DNA of 64,000 nucleotides. Origin: Eubacteriales bacterium (GTDB lineage Bacteria; Bacillota; Clostridia; Oscillospirales; CAG-272). Below the pieces are notes generated by a model that was given only the letters and a program-made list of their open reading frames with translations, did not search any database and had not been told where the DNA came from. A program made the translations under genes and the position numbers. Positions 47,444 to 56,036 of this stretch are shown in pieces. The DNA is taken from positions 6,389 through 70,388 of the forward strand of contig JAZQBL010000037.1 in the NCBI GenBank assembly GCA_045545665.1, given 5' to 3'. Each line of letters starts with the position of its first letter. The stretch's first letter is position 1.

Positions 47444-48442
47444 CTATTTTTTTGTATTCCAATCGGGATTCAATTTTTTATATATCGCTTCTCCGTACGG
47501 AATATGAAGACGGAACAGAATATGCATCAAATATTCATTAAAGCAATATTTTCCGCAAATCATATATTTGAACCATTTTTTATTATAGAGCTTTCTGTAT
47601 TTCAAAAAACATTCTTCAAGTCCGTGTTCTTTTGCAAGGCAGCTGAACAGAACACACTTGTCCATAAATTCTTTAGAATATTTAGTAAGCTGTTTTTTTA
47701 TTTTTCTTTCTTCAAAAAATTCCGCTCTTACATAGCTCACCATAATACGGGCAAAATCTTTTTCGCAAAAATCAGATCTTGTCACGCTTCCTTTTCGCTC
47801 TGTCCAAAAATATAACACCTCGTTTGTTCTTACCCATTTGCCTACTCTTTCCCAAATATACGGCAATATCATAGAGTCTTCTTCGATGTATCCTTCTTTA
47901 AATCTCAAAGAAGTGAATATATTTTTTTTGCAAACACGCATACACGGAGAAATAATACTTACAGAAGATACATATTTATCGTATTCATCCCCACCGTTAC
48001 AGCACATAATGATCTCGTCTGCTTTACAGTCAATTTTTGCAAATGATAATTCTTCATCAGGAGCTACAAAGCGATATTTACACGAAGCGATATCAGCATT
48101 ATTTTCTTCTATAAGACGTATAAGACTTTCATACATTTCAGGATGTATAAAATCGTCGGAATCCAAGAAAGCTATATAGTCAAACTCAATATTATTTTCA
48201 AAAAGATAGTCGAGTCCATAATTCCTTGCCGAAGCCGCCCCACCGTTTTTTTTATGCAAAGCACAAACATTATCATACTTATTTGCATAATCATCACATA
48301 TTTTTCCGCTGTTGTCAGTTGAGCCGTCATCGACAAGCACTGTTATTATACTGTCTGATACAGTTTGTTGAAAGATACTTTTAATACTTTTTTCAACATA
48401 TTCTCCCGTATTATAAACAGGTATTACTACCGCTAACTTCAC
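47444..48442 (-). CDS. Family 2 glycosyltransferase
   Basis: Motifs VVIPVYNTGEYVEKSIKSIFQQT, DDGSTD and LDSDD. The segment is AT-rich. Confidence 0.85.
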   Translation of the reverse strand: MKLAVVIPVYNTGEYVEKSIKSIFQQTVSDSIITVLVDDGSTDNSGKICDDYANKYDNVCALHKKNGGAASARNYGLDYLFENNIEFDYIAFLDSDDFIHPEMYESLIRLIEENNADIASCKYRFVAPDEELSFAKIDCKADEIIMCCNGGDEYDKYVSSVSIISPCMRVCKKNIFTSLRFKEGYIEEDSMILPYIWERVGKWVRTNEVLYFWTERKGSVTRSDFCEKDFARIMVSYVRAEFFEERKIKKQLTKYSKEFMDKCVLFSCLAKEHGLEECFLKYRKLYNKKWFKYMICGKYCFNEYLMHILFRLHIPYGEAIYKKLNPDWNTKK

Positions 48443-48464
48443 TATATTTCTCCGAAACTATATT

Positions 48465-49184
48465 TTATTTCAAAAAACTGTCAATTCTCATATAATCATT
48501 GAACCAAGAGCACCAACGGGTAAGCATTTTTATCTGCGATGAATAAATGTCTGTCATTATATACGTCTTCTCTTTGAGATCATCATCACTTAATTTTTTT
48601 GCATCGTCCGAGTTTATAGCAGTATATCTGATCTTAAAATCTCTGAAATAGTCACCGACAAATCTTCCTGTTGCAAAATGATGGCAATGTCCGGACTCAC
48701 CTTCAACAGAATGTGTGTATATTTCACATTCTTTATTTAAAACATTTCTGATTTTTCTAAATCTTCTCTTTTAAAAAATTTTAGACCACATCCATTCGGA
48801 ATGTTCAAGGTCGGGAAAATTGAATATTACTCCTTCGGTGTTTTGATATTCAAGAGCATTAAAAAATTCTTTTCTTCTTGTTTTCTCTCCGCAATTCGAC
48901 ATACAGATAACGTATGTACCCTCACCCATTACAGAAAAGAAAAACAACGTTTCATCATCCGGGTGTGCACAAACTATAAGTCTTTTGCACTTTGATATTT
49001 TTTCATAATCGGGTGTTTTATCTGTAAAAAAACCTCGAAACCAGGTTGCGAACCTATGTACACGTACCTTCGATCTATATTTGAATTTTTCAAGAAACGC
49101 AAGAATTTTGTAATATGCAGATATTAAAATTTTTTTCAATCGCATTTTAATATTTACCAAAAGCGGTGCCGTATAAAACAGCAC
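48465..49184 (-). pseudogene. PIG-L/LmbE-family deacetylase interrupted by one in-frame TAA (48771-48773)
   Basis: The upstream part carries CAHPDDETLFF. After the TAA, the same frame stays open for 101 more codons (KRRFRKIRNVLNKECEIYTHSVEGESGHCHHFATG...) to a stop at 48465. This stretch includes the His-rich second metal motif. Confidence 0.6.
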
Positions 49185-49196
49185 CGCTTACTTTCA

Positions 49197-50444
49197 TCAG
49201 AATAAGATTATCAAGAATTGTGACACAAGCACGACTGCTATAAGTGCTATCGGGTAGGTTGCCGCATACGCTGCCGCAACGTCCTCTGTTTTTGCAACAC
49301 CGATAAGTGTACCAAGTGCGGGGGTACTCGTCATACCGCCGGTAATCGCACCGAGGTTGTTTAAGAGGCTGAGCTTCAGAACGTACTTTGCAAATATGAA
49401 TCCGATTATCAAAGGAACGATCGTCATGATAATGCCGTATACAAAATACATCGGGTCGAAGTTTGCCACAAAATCAATACCGCCGGGAATACCTGCACCG
49501 ACAAGGAAGAGAACCAAACCGAGCTCACGGAAAAGCTTGAGAGTGTGCGTATCAGGCATAAGATTTACCTTTCCTGCTCTGCCAAAGTGACCGATGATAA
49601 GGGAAACGAGGAGACATCCGCCTGTTGTTGTAAGCGAGAAGCACGTACCGTCAAGACCTTCTGCACTGAGCGGTATTTTTATCTTACCGACAAAAGTACC
49701 GAGAACTGCCGCAAGTGAAAATGCTGCAAAGCCGTGTTCATCAAGATTGAAAAGCTTTCCGGCAAAGCTCTTTTTGCTTGCCGAATCCACCTGAACGAGC
49801 TTTGCACGTTCAGCATCCATATCAGCCTTTGCGAGCTTCGGAACGAGCTGTACAAAAAGTACAACACCGATAACACCGAAGATATATGCAATACCGTGAC
49901 CTACGGAAACAAGAGGTTCGTAGACCTCGGCAACAGTAGCTTTAGCGGCTGAAAATGCGGGAGTTGACGTAAGTGAGCCGGAAAGAAGACCGACTATCAT
50001 CGCAACAAATCCGTCCTGATCGCTGATGCTTGCGCCGTATCCGACGACCTCGCCCATTCCGATACAAGCCGCTGCGGAAGCTCCGCCTGCAACTATTATA
50101 ACAAGCCCAAGAAGAACGTATGACTTAAAATTCTTCTTCATATTTCCGAAGAATTTAGGTCCTGCGATAAAGCCGACAGACGTTACGAAAAGTATAAGTC
50201 CGAGACTCTCTATAACATCGAGCGCTTCAATAAATATTTCACCGTACTTGGCACCCTCGCCAAAGATCGTATCCTTGAATAAAGCACCGAACAAAAGTGC
50301 AATAACAAATACGCCGGCATCACCCAAACAAACGCCTTTTATCGTTATTCTGCCGAGTGCGTAACCGATAAAAAGAACGGCAAACACACAAAACAAAACA
50401 AACGAAACACCTGTAACGGGAATAACTCCGCCAAACAAATTCAT
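49197..50444 (-). CDS. AspT/YidE/YbjL-type transporter (duplicated permease domain), candidate C4-dicarboxylate carrier
   Basis: 415 aa and polytopic, with internally duplicated halves. It is the last gene of the fumarate-reductase cluster. The family call is from memory. Confidence 0.5.
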   Translation of the reverse strand: MNLFGGVIPVTGVSFVLFCVFAVLFIGYALGRITIKGVCLGDAGVFVIALLFGALFKDTIFGEGAKYGEIFIEALDVIESLGLILFVTSVGFIAGPKFFGNMKKNFKSYVLLGLVIIVAGGASAAACIGMGEVVGYGASISDQDGFVAMIVGLLSGSLTSTPAFSAAKATVAEVYEPLVSVGHGIAYIFGVIGVVLFVQLVPKLAKADMDAERAKLVQVDSASKKSFAGKLFNLDEHGFAAFSLAAVLGTFVGKIKIPLSAEGLDGTCFSLTTTGGCLLVSLIIGHFGRAGKVNLMPDTHTLKLFRELGLVLFLVGAGIPGGIDFVANFDPMYFVYGIIMTIVPLIIGFIFAKYVLKLSLLNNLGAITGGMTSTPALGTLIGVAKTEDVAAAYAATYPIALIAVVLVSQFLIILF

Positions 50445-50471
50445 TTCAAAATGACCTCTTTTCCGAATATA

Positions 50472-52067
50472 TTACTTTCTTCTGTAATCCGGCAAAAGCT
50501 TAGGAGATACTGCATTTGTGTCAATACCTGCATCAGCAATTTCCTTTTCAAATTTATCAACGTGGGAAAGTGTAAGCTTGCCGACGTTTACAGTCTTGCA
50601 TTTTGCCGCCGCACTCTTACCTGCACTTCTTCCGAATACGATGATATCGAGAAGTGAGTTACCCATAAGGCGGTTACGTCCGTGGATACCGCCGACAGCT
50701 TCGCCTGCAACAAACAAGTTTTCTACGTTTGTTGTCATACAGTCAGCAGTTATATCAAGACCGCCGTTCTGATAGTGGAGCGTAGGATAAACGAGGATCG
50801 GTTCTTTGCGGATATCTATGCCGTATTTACCGAACATTCTCATCATTGCGGGGATTCTTGCTTCAATAGTTCCCTCTCCGCCTATTTTTTCTATCATAGG
50901 TGTGTCGAGCCAAACGCCGAGGCCGTTACCTGTTTCAACACCGTTTCCTCTGTCGTTACATTCACGAATGATGGATGCGGCTGAAACGTCACGTGTTTCA
51001 AGCGGATGCATAAATGCTTCGCCCTTTGCGTTTATAAGCTTAGCACCGAGTGAACGAACCTTTTCCGTTACAAGAGCGCCGAATATCTGTTCAGGATATG
51101 CCGCACCCGTGGGGTGATACTGAAGCGTATCTGCATAAAGAAGCTTAGCGCCTGCTCTGTAACCGAGCACAAGACCGTCAGCTGTTGCGCCGTAATGGTT
51201 TGACGTGGGGAAGCCCTGATAGTGCATACGTCCTGCGCCGCCTGTTGCGATGATAACAGTCTTTGCCTTTGCTATGAGTATTTCCTGTGTTTCCATATTG
51301 AGAAGCACAGCACCTGCGGCATTGCCGTTTTCATCAAGGATAAGCTCGATAGCGGATGTAAAATCAACTACGGGAATACCTCTGTTGAGAACTTCGTCAC
51401 GGAGTGTGCGCATTATTTCAGCACCGGAGTAGTCCTTTGCCGCATGCATACGCTTACGCGAAGTACCGCCGCCGTGTGTTGTTATCATATTACCGTCAGC
51501 GTCTTTGTCGAATTCAACGCCGAGCTCATTAAGCCACTGAATAGCTTCGGGAGCGTCGCAAACGAGCTTTGAAAGAAGCTCTCTTTTAGCCGCATAGTGA
51601 CCGCCGCCAAAAGCATCTACAAAGTGTATTGCAGGAGAGTCGTTTTCCTTGTCAGCTGCCTGGATACCGCCTTCAGCCATCATTGTGTTGGCGTCACCGA
51701 TACGGAGCTTTGTAACGATCATAACATCAGCACCTGCTTCGTTTGCTTCGATAGCTGCAGATGAACCTGCGCCGCCGCCGCCGATAACAAGCACGTCAAC
51801 GTCATAGTCGGGATTTGAAAGATCAATATCTGCCGACTTGATACGGCTGTGAGCCTGAAGCATCTCTGCAAGCTCCGTAGGAACCTTTTCGCCCTTGTTT
51901 GGACCTATTTTAAGCTGTACAAATTCATTTTCTTTATAGTCGGGGTGGTACGCCTTGAGAAGGTCTTCCTTCTGCTGTGCAGTCATACGTGCAGGTTCAA
52001 GCTTTATATTGGCTTCTCTTGCCGCTTCAACCGCCTTCAAAGATTCTGTAAATTTTTCCGAATACAT
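50472..52067 (-). CDS. Soluble fumarate reductase/succinate dehydrogenase-family flavoprotein (FrdA-like, non-covalent FAD type)
   Basis: FAD fold (DVLVIGGGGAGSSAA), AEGGIQAA, HPT motif (LQYHPTGAA) and GRNRLMGNSLLD. A non-homologous extension of about 95 aa precedes the FAD fold. Confidence 0.75.
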   Translation of the reverse strand: MYSEKFTESLKAVEAAREANIKLEPARMTAQQKEDLLKAYHPDYKENEFVQLKIGPNKGEKVPTELAEMLQAHSRIKSADIDLSNPDYDVDVLVIGGGGAGSSAAIEANEAGADVMIVTKLRIGDANTMMAEGGIQAADKENDSPAIHFVDAFGGGHYAAKRELLSKLVCDAPEAIQWLNELGVEFDKDADGNMITTHGGGTSRKRMHAAKDYSGAEIMRTLRDEVLNRGIPVVDFTSAIELILDENGNAAGAVLLNMETQEILIAKAKTVIIATGGAGRMHYQGFPTSNHYGATADGLVLGYRAGAKLLYADTLQYHPTGAAYPEQIFGALVTEKVRSLGAKLINAKGEAFMHPLETRDVSAASIIRECNDRGNGVETGNGLGVWLDTPMIEKIGGEGTIEARIPAMMRMFGKYGIDIRKEPILVYPTLHYQNGGLDITADCMTTNVENLFVAGEAVGGIHGRNRLMGNSLLDIIVFGRSAGKSAAAKCKTVNVGKLTLSHVDKFEKEIADAGIDTNAVSPKLLPDYRRK

Positions 52068-52079
52068 ATCTGCCCCTCC

Positions 52080-52754
52080 TTATTTCTCTATTTCTCTGTT
52101 GTTGTAAAGCTCTTTTATCTCATCAACGGGTTTTTCCATAAGTGCCTCGATGAGATCCTTGAACGTACCGTCTTTTATTTCTTGTACACGGTTTTCAAGG
52201 TGTGCCGTCTTGGGAGCAAGATACTTACCGTTAAGTCTGCGTGCAAGCATTGCAACCTGAGGATGTGATATACCTGCAGGGCAACGTGAAGAACATACTC
52301 CGCACATTACGCAGTCAAATGACTCCTCTGCACACTTTTCGTATTCGCCTCTCTGAGCGTATGCTATGTACTGCATTACGTTAAGCTCCTGAGTACAGCT
52401 CTTTGTACAAGCGTTACAGCCGATACAAGCATATATTTCAGGATAAAGCTGCATCATTATCTGCTCTGTGGGTCTTACTTTTTCAATATCATATACCTGC
52501 TTTACGAGGGGGAAGAAGGGCAAAGTTGCGATATACATATTGTCCTCAACCTTTGTCTGGCAGGCAAGGCAGGCTTTAAGCTCTCTGTCGCCTTTTATTC
52601 TGTACACCGTAGCGCAAGCGCCGCAGAAGCCGTTACGGCATCCGCAACCGCGTACAAGCTGATAGCCTGCGTATTCCATTGCGCTCATTATGGTGAGATT
52701 TTCGGGAACACTGTATTTTTTTCCGAAAAGAAATATATTAACCATGTTTTCCAT
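52080..52754 (-). CDS. FrdB/SdhB-like iron-sulfur subunit (2Fe-2S plus two 4Fe-4S-type motifs)
   Basis: Motifs CRNGFCGACA, CIGCNACTKSC and CVMCGVCSSRCP. AGGAGG lies 9 nt before the ATG at 52754. Confidence 0.7.
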   Translation of the reverse strand: MENMVNIFLFGKKYSVPENLTIMSAMEYAGYQLVRGCGCRNGFCGACATVYRIKGDRELKACLACQTKVEDNMYIATLPFFPLVKQVYDIEKVRPTEQIMMQLYPEIYACIGCNACTKSCTQELNVMQYIAYAQRGEYEKCAEESFDCVMCGVCSSRCPAGISHPQVAMLARRLNGKYLAPKTAHLENRVQEIKDGTFKDLIEALMEKPVDEIKELYNNREIEK

Positions 52755-52770
52755 TTCGATTATCCTCCTA

Positions 52771-53610
52771 TTAATACTCGCTGGGTAACAATTCAAGCTC
52801 ATCACAGCGGAATACGGGTCCGTCTTTACATACGTATTTTGAACCGATATTACATCTTCCGCACTTACCGATACCGCACTTCATACGAAGCTCCATCGTC
52901 GTATATACCTGAGTTTTATCGTATCCCAGTGACATAAGCCCTTCCAACGTGAACTTTATCATTATGGGAGGACCGCATATGATAACGGTTTTATTTGTAT
53001 CAAAGTTAAGCTCTTTTACGTAGTTGGGAACGAATCCTACGTGGCCGTCCCAGCCTTCCTGCTCACGGTCTATGGTAAGATGAACGTTGATACCGTCTTC
53101 TTTCATCCATTCGTCGATGATCTCGGCATAGTCAACGAGGTCGTCCTTGCTTCTTGAGCCGTAAACGATGTCGATCTTACCGTATTTATCTCTGTAATGA
53201 CGGCAGTAGTTGATAACCGAGCGAAGCGGTGCAAGACCGATACCGCCGGCAACGAACAGCAGATCTTTTCCTTCAAACACTTCCTTTACGGGGAAGGGCT
53301 TGCCGTAAGGTCCTCTTATCGTTATCTGCTGACCGACCTGTGCCTGGTGAAGCCACTCTGTCACACAACCGCATTTTTTAATGGAAAATTCCATATATTC
53401 CGTGTTTGTGGGAGACGAAGTTATTGAAAACATCGCTTCACCGACAGCGGGGATCGAAAGCATAGCGCACTGACCGGGCATATGGTCGAATGCTTTTTTT
53501 CCGTCGGGAGTTACGACACGGAACGTCTTGACGTCGGGTGTGTCGATCCTTATATCGGTGATAACGCCGACCTTGGGTATAAGTGATTCTTCTCTTTTAT
53601 TCATCATCAT
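52771..53610 (-). CDS. FAD/NAD(P)H-binding oxidoreductase with C-terminal 2Fe-2S (FlxA / HydG / AsrB / PyrK-like)
   Basis: Motifs FSITSSP, LLFVAGGIGLAPLRS, and the C-terminal cluster MKCGIGKCGRCN...C. Confidence 0.75.
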   Translation of the reverse strand: MMMNKREESLIPKVGVITDIRIDTPDVKTFRVVTPDGKKAFDHMPGQCAMLSIPAVGEAMFSITSSPTNTEYMEFSIKKCGCVTEWLHQAQVGQQITIRGPYGKPFPVKEVFEGKDLLFVAGGIGLAPLRSVINYCRHYRDKYGKIDIVYGSRSKDDLVDYAEIIDEWMKEDGINVHLTIDREQEGWDGHVGFVPNYVKELNFDTNKTVIICGPPIMIKFTLEGLMSLGYDKTQVYTTMELRMKCGIGKCGRCNIGSKYVCKDGPVFRCDELELLPSEY

Positions 53611-54622
53611 TACCTCCCAACGCTTTCATAACTTTTACTATATTCATAGATATAGGGCATTTTGCAAGGCATCTGCCGCAACCGACGCAACCGAACACAC
53701 CGTCGTTATTCGTGGGATAGTACACGAGTTTGTGCATAAATCTCTGACGGAAGCGTTCAAGCTGTGAAAGTCTGTTGTTTCCGTGTGCCATTCTCGTAAA
53801 TTCGGAATACATGCACGAATCCCAGCAACGGAAACGGATAACACCGTGTCCTGTGTCGTAGTCCTTTATGTCATAGCACTGACACGTCGGGCAAACGTAC
53901 GTACACGTACCGCATCCGAGGCAGGAGGATGAAAGCTCGCGCCACTCGGGTGCATCGAAAAACTCTGATGTTTTATCTTTTCCGAATTTATCGGTCTTGA
54001 GGTCTGCAAGCGGAAGCTTTTTCATTATTTCTCTTGTCTTGTTCTGCTGTTCTGTAACCTTTGCGTCGTCGCAGTCAGAAACAAGTGCTCCGAGCTTTGA
54101 CAAAAGTGCTTCGCCTTTTTCTGTATTTGCCTTGAAATACATCTCGTCGTCCGTTTTCCAGCACGTGATATCACCTGCAGGCGATGCTGCATCTATTCCG
54201 AATGCTGTGCAGAAGCACGTTTCTTTCGGTCTTGTGCAAGCCATTGATATTATCGTTGCGTGCTCGCGTCTGTTTGCATAGTAGCTGTCACAGGGCTCGG
54301 AAATGAATACTTTATCAAGTATATCAAAGCTCTTTACGTCACACGCTCTGACGCCGAAGATAACGAAATCTTCTTTTTCATCTCTTGTGTCGATAACTTC
54401 GATCTCTTTACCGGAAACCTTAAATTCCATAAGGTTTTCAGTCTGAGGAAAGAAGAAATCCTTTGCGCTTCTTACTGTATTGAGTTCATCGCTGAGAGCA
54501 ATTCCCTCTTCCCATTTCTTATATACAGCGCCCGCATTCGTATCTGTGGGAATATAAAGCGCGGATTCCTTTGCAATAGCGGCAAATACCGCATCAAGCG
54601 TATTCAATGAACATTTACGCAT
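53597..54622 (-). CDS. 4Fe-4S dicluster protein (FlxB / HydB / AsrA-like)
   Basis: Motifs CLGCGTCTYVCPTCQC and CVGCGRCLAKCP. 341 aa. It overlaps the next gene by 14 nt. Confidence 0.65.
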   Translation of the reverse strand: MRKCSLNTLDAVFAAIAKESALYIPTDTNAGAVYKKWEEGIALSDELNTVRSAKDFFFPQTENLMEFKVSGKEIEVIDTRDEKEDFVIFGVRACDVKSFDILDKVFISEPCDSYYANRREHATIISMACTRPKETCFCTAFGIDAASPAGDITCWKTDDEMYFKANTEKGEALLSKLGALVSDCDDAKVTEQQNKTREIMKKLPLADLKTDKFGKDKTSEFFDAPEWRELSSSCLGCGTCTYVCPTCQCYDIKDYDTGHGVIRFRCWDSCMYSEFTRMAHGNNRLSQLERFRQRFMHKLVYYPTNNDGVFGCVGCGRCLAKCPISMNIVKVMKALGGNDDE

Positions 54623-54624
54623 CT

Positions 54625-55611
54625 TTATTCCCCTTTCTTTACAGCGTCGTTGGGTTCGATATCTTCCGTTGTATAGTTGACAAGAGGCGCGCGGCTTCCT
54701 TCAACTTCGCCTGCCTGATATTCGCCGTAGAAGCTGTTTATATCTTTTATGAATTTTCTGTTCAGCAAGTGGAGGGGTATGTTCTGAGGACATACTCTTG
54801 AGCACTCACCGCAGTCCGTACATCTTCCCGCAACGTGGAAAGCACGGATGATATGGAACATTTTTTCTTCAAAGCTGTCTGCTATTGCCTTATTTTCAAC
54901 ACCCGATTTAGGGTTATCGAATACGCACTTTTCGCACGTACATGCAGGACATACGTCACGGCAGGCATTGCATCTTATACAGCGTGAAAGCTCGTTCTGC
55001 CAGAAAGCAAATCTTTCGTCTTCTGTCATATTTTCAAGCTTCTCGACTTCGTCAAAGCGGTTACTGTCGAGAACGTCACCGTCTTCACCGATAAGCTCGT
55101 CGTACGCGGTGTGCTTTTTACTCTTACAGTTTACACAGCGTTCAGCCATAACGTCGGCTACGGCAATTTTCTTAACGTCGCCGTATATCGTTTCAACGCT
55201 GAGGTCTTCGCCGTCTGACGTTATTTTCGATATAGCATCGGGAACTGCACAATTTACCTTTTCAATATCTGCCATACCGTCGCAAGGTATGCCGACAGCG
55301 TACACCTTTTCTCTGTTGAAGCGGTGTTCTGTCAGAAGCTGATTAAAGCTGTACGTGTCGCAGGGCTTCAGAAATACGAGAACCTTGCCGTCGCTCTTTT
55401 TCGTTTCTTTTACAAGATATTTTGAGAAGTTTGCACCCGAAAAATCATTGTATACGAAATTTTTCTTTACTTCGTCCGCATTTGCGAATACTGCGGGGGA
55501 AAGGTCGTAATCAAATTCACCCTTTTTCCAACCCATAACACGGTCAACTGTTCCGTTTTCAAGCAGTTCGCAAGCCTTTGCGATCAGCGATTCACACGTT
55601 ATTTTTTGCAT
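54625..55611 (-). CDS. Fe-S protein with FrhB-like N-terminal region and 4Fe-4S motifs (FlxC-like)
   Basis: Motifs CIRCNACRDVCPACTCEKC and CTDCGECSRVCP. The ATG at 55611 (MQKITCE...) is preferred over the track start. Confidence 0.6.
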   Translation of the reverse strand: MQKITCESLIAKACELLENGTVDRVMGWKKGEFDYDLSPAVFANADEVKKNFVYNDFSGANFSKYLVKETKKSDGKVLVFLKPCDTYSFNQLLTEHRFNREKVYAVGIPCDGMADIEKVNCAVPDAISKITSDGEDLSVETIYGDVKKIAVADVMAERCVNCKSKKHTAYDELIGEDGDVLDSNRFDEVEKLENMTEDERFAFWQNELSRCIRCNACRDVCPACTCEKCVFDNPKSGVENKAIADSFEEKMFHIIRAFHVAGRCTDCGECSRVCPQNIPLHLLNRKFIKDINSFYGEYQAGEVEGSRAPLVNYTTEDIEPNDAVKKGE

Positions 55612-56036
55612 CGTAAATCCTCCAATCTCTTGTTTTCTCCAAGTTTGGAAACGGCTTCTGTAAAGTCGTTCATCGTCTGAGCAAACTTTGCACCTTCGGC
55701 AGCGGATACCCATTCAAGACGGATACGCTCTTTTTCGATACCGAGGTAGTTGAGCATAGAGAACAGCAGTGCCATTCTTCTTCTCGTATAGTAGTTACCC
55801 GACGTATAGTGACAGTCACCGGGGTGGCATCCGCAGATTATAACACCGTCAGCGCCTCTCTGGAATGCACGGAGGATAAATATAGGATTGACTCTGCACG
55901 AGCAGGGTACTCTTATAATATTTACACATTCGGGATACGCAAGTCTGTTGTTTCCCGCAAGGTCTGCACCCGCATATGAGCACCAGTTACAGCAGAATGC
56001 AACGATCTTCGGTTTAAATTCGTTATTTATTTGCAT
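55599..56036 (-). CDS. mvhD: MvhD/FlpD-like hydrogenase iron-sulfur subunit (FlxD-like)
   Basis: Motifs IVAFCCNWCSYAGADLAG, RVPCSCRVNP and ICGCHPGDCHY. The ATG at 56036 overlaps the hdrA stop by 10 nt. Confidence 0.8.
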   Translation of the reverse strand: MQINNEFKPKIVAFCCNWCSYAGADLAGNNRLAYPECVNIIRVPCSCRVNPIFILRAFQRGADGVIICGCHPGDCHYTSGNYYTRRRMALLFSMLNYLGIEKERIRLEWVSAAEGAKFAQTMNDFTEAVSKLGENKRLEDLRCKK

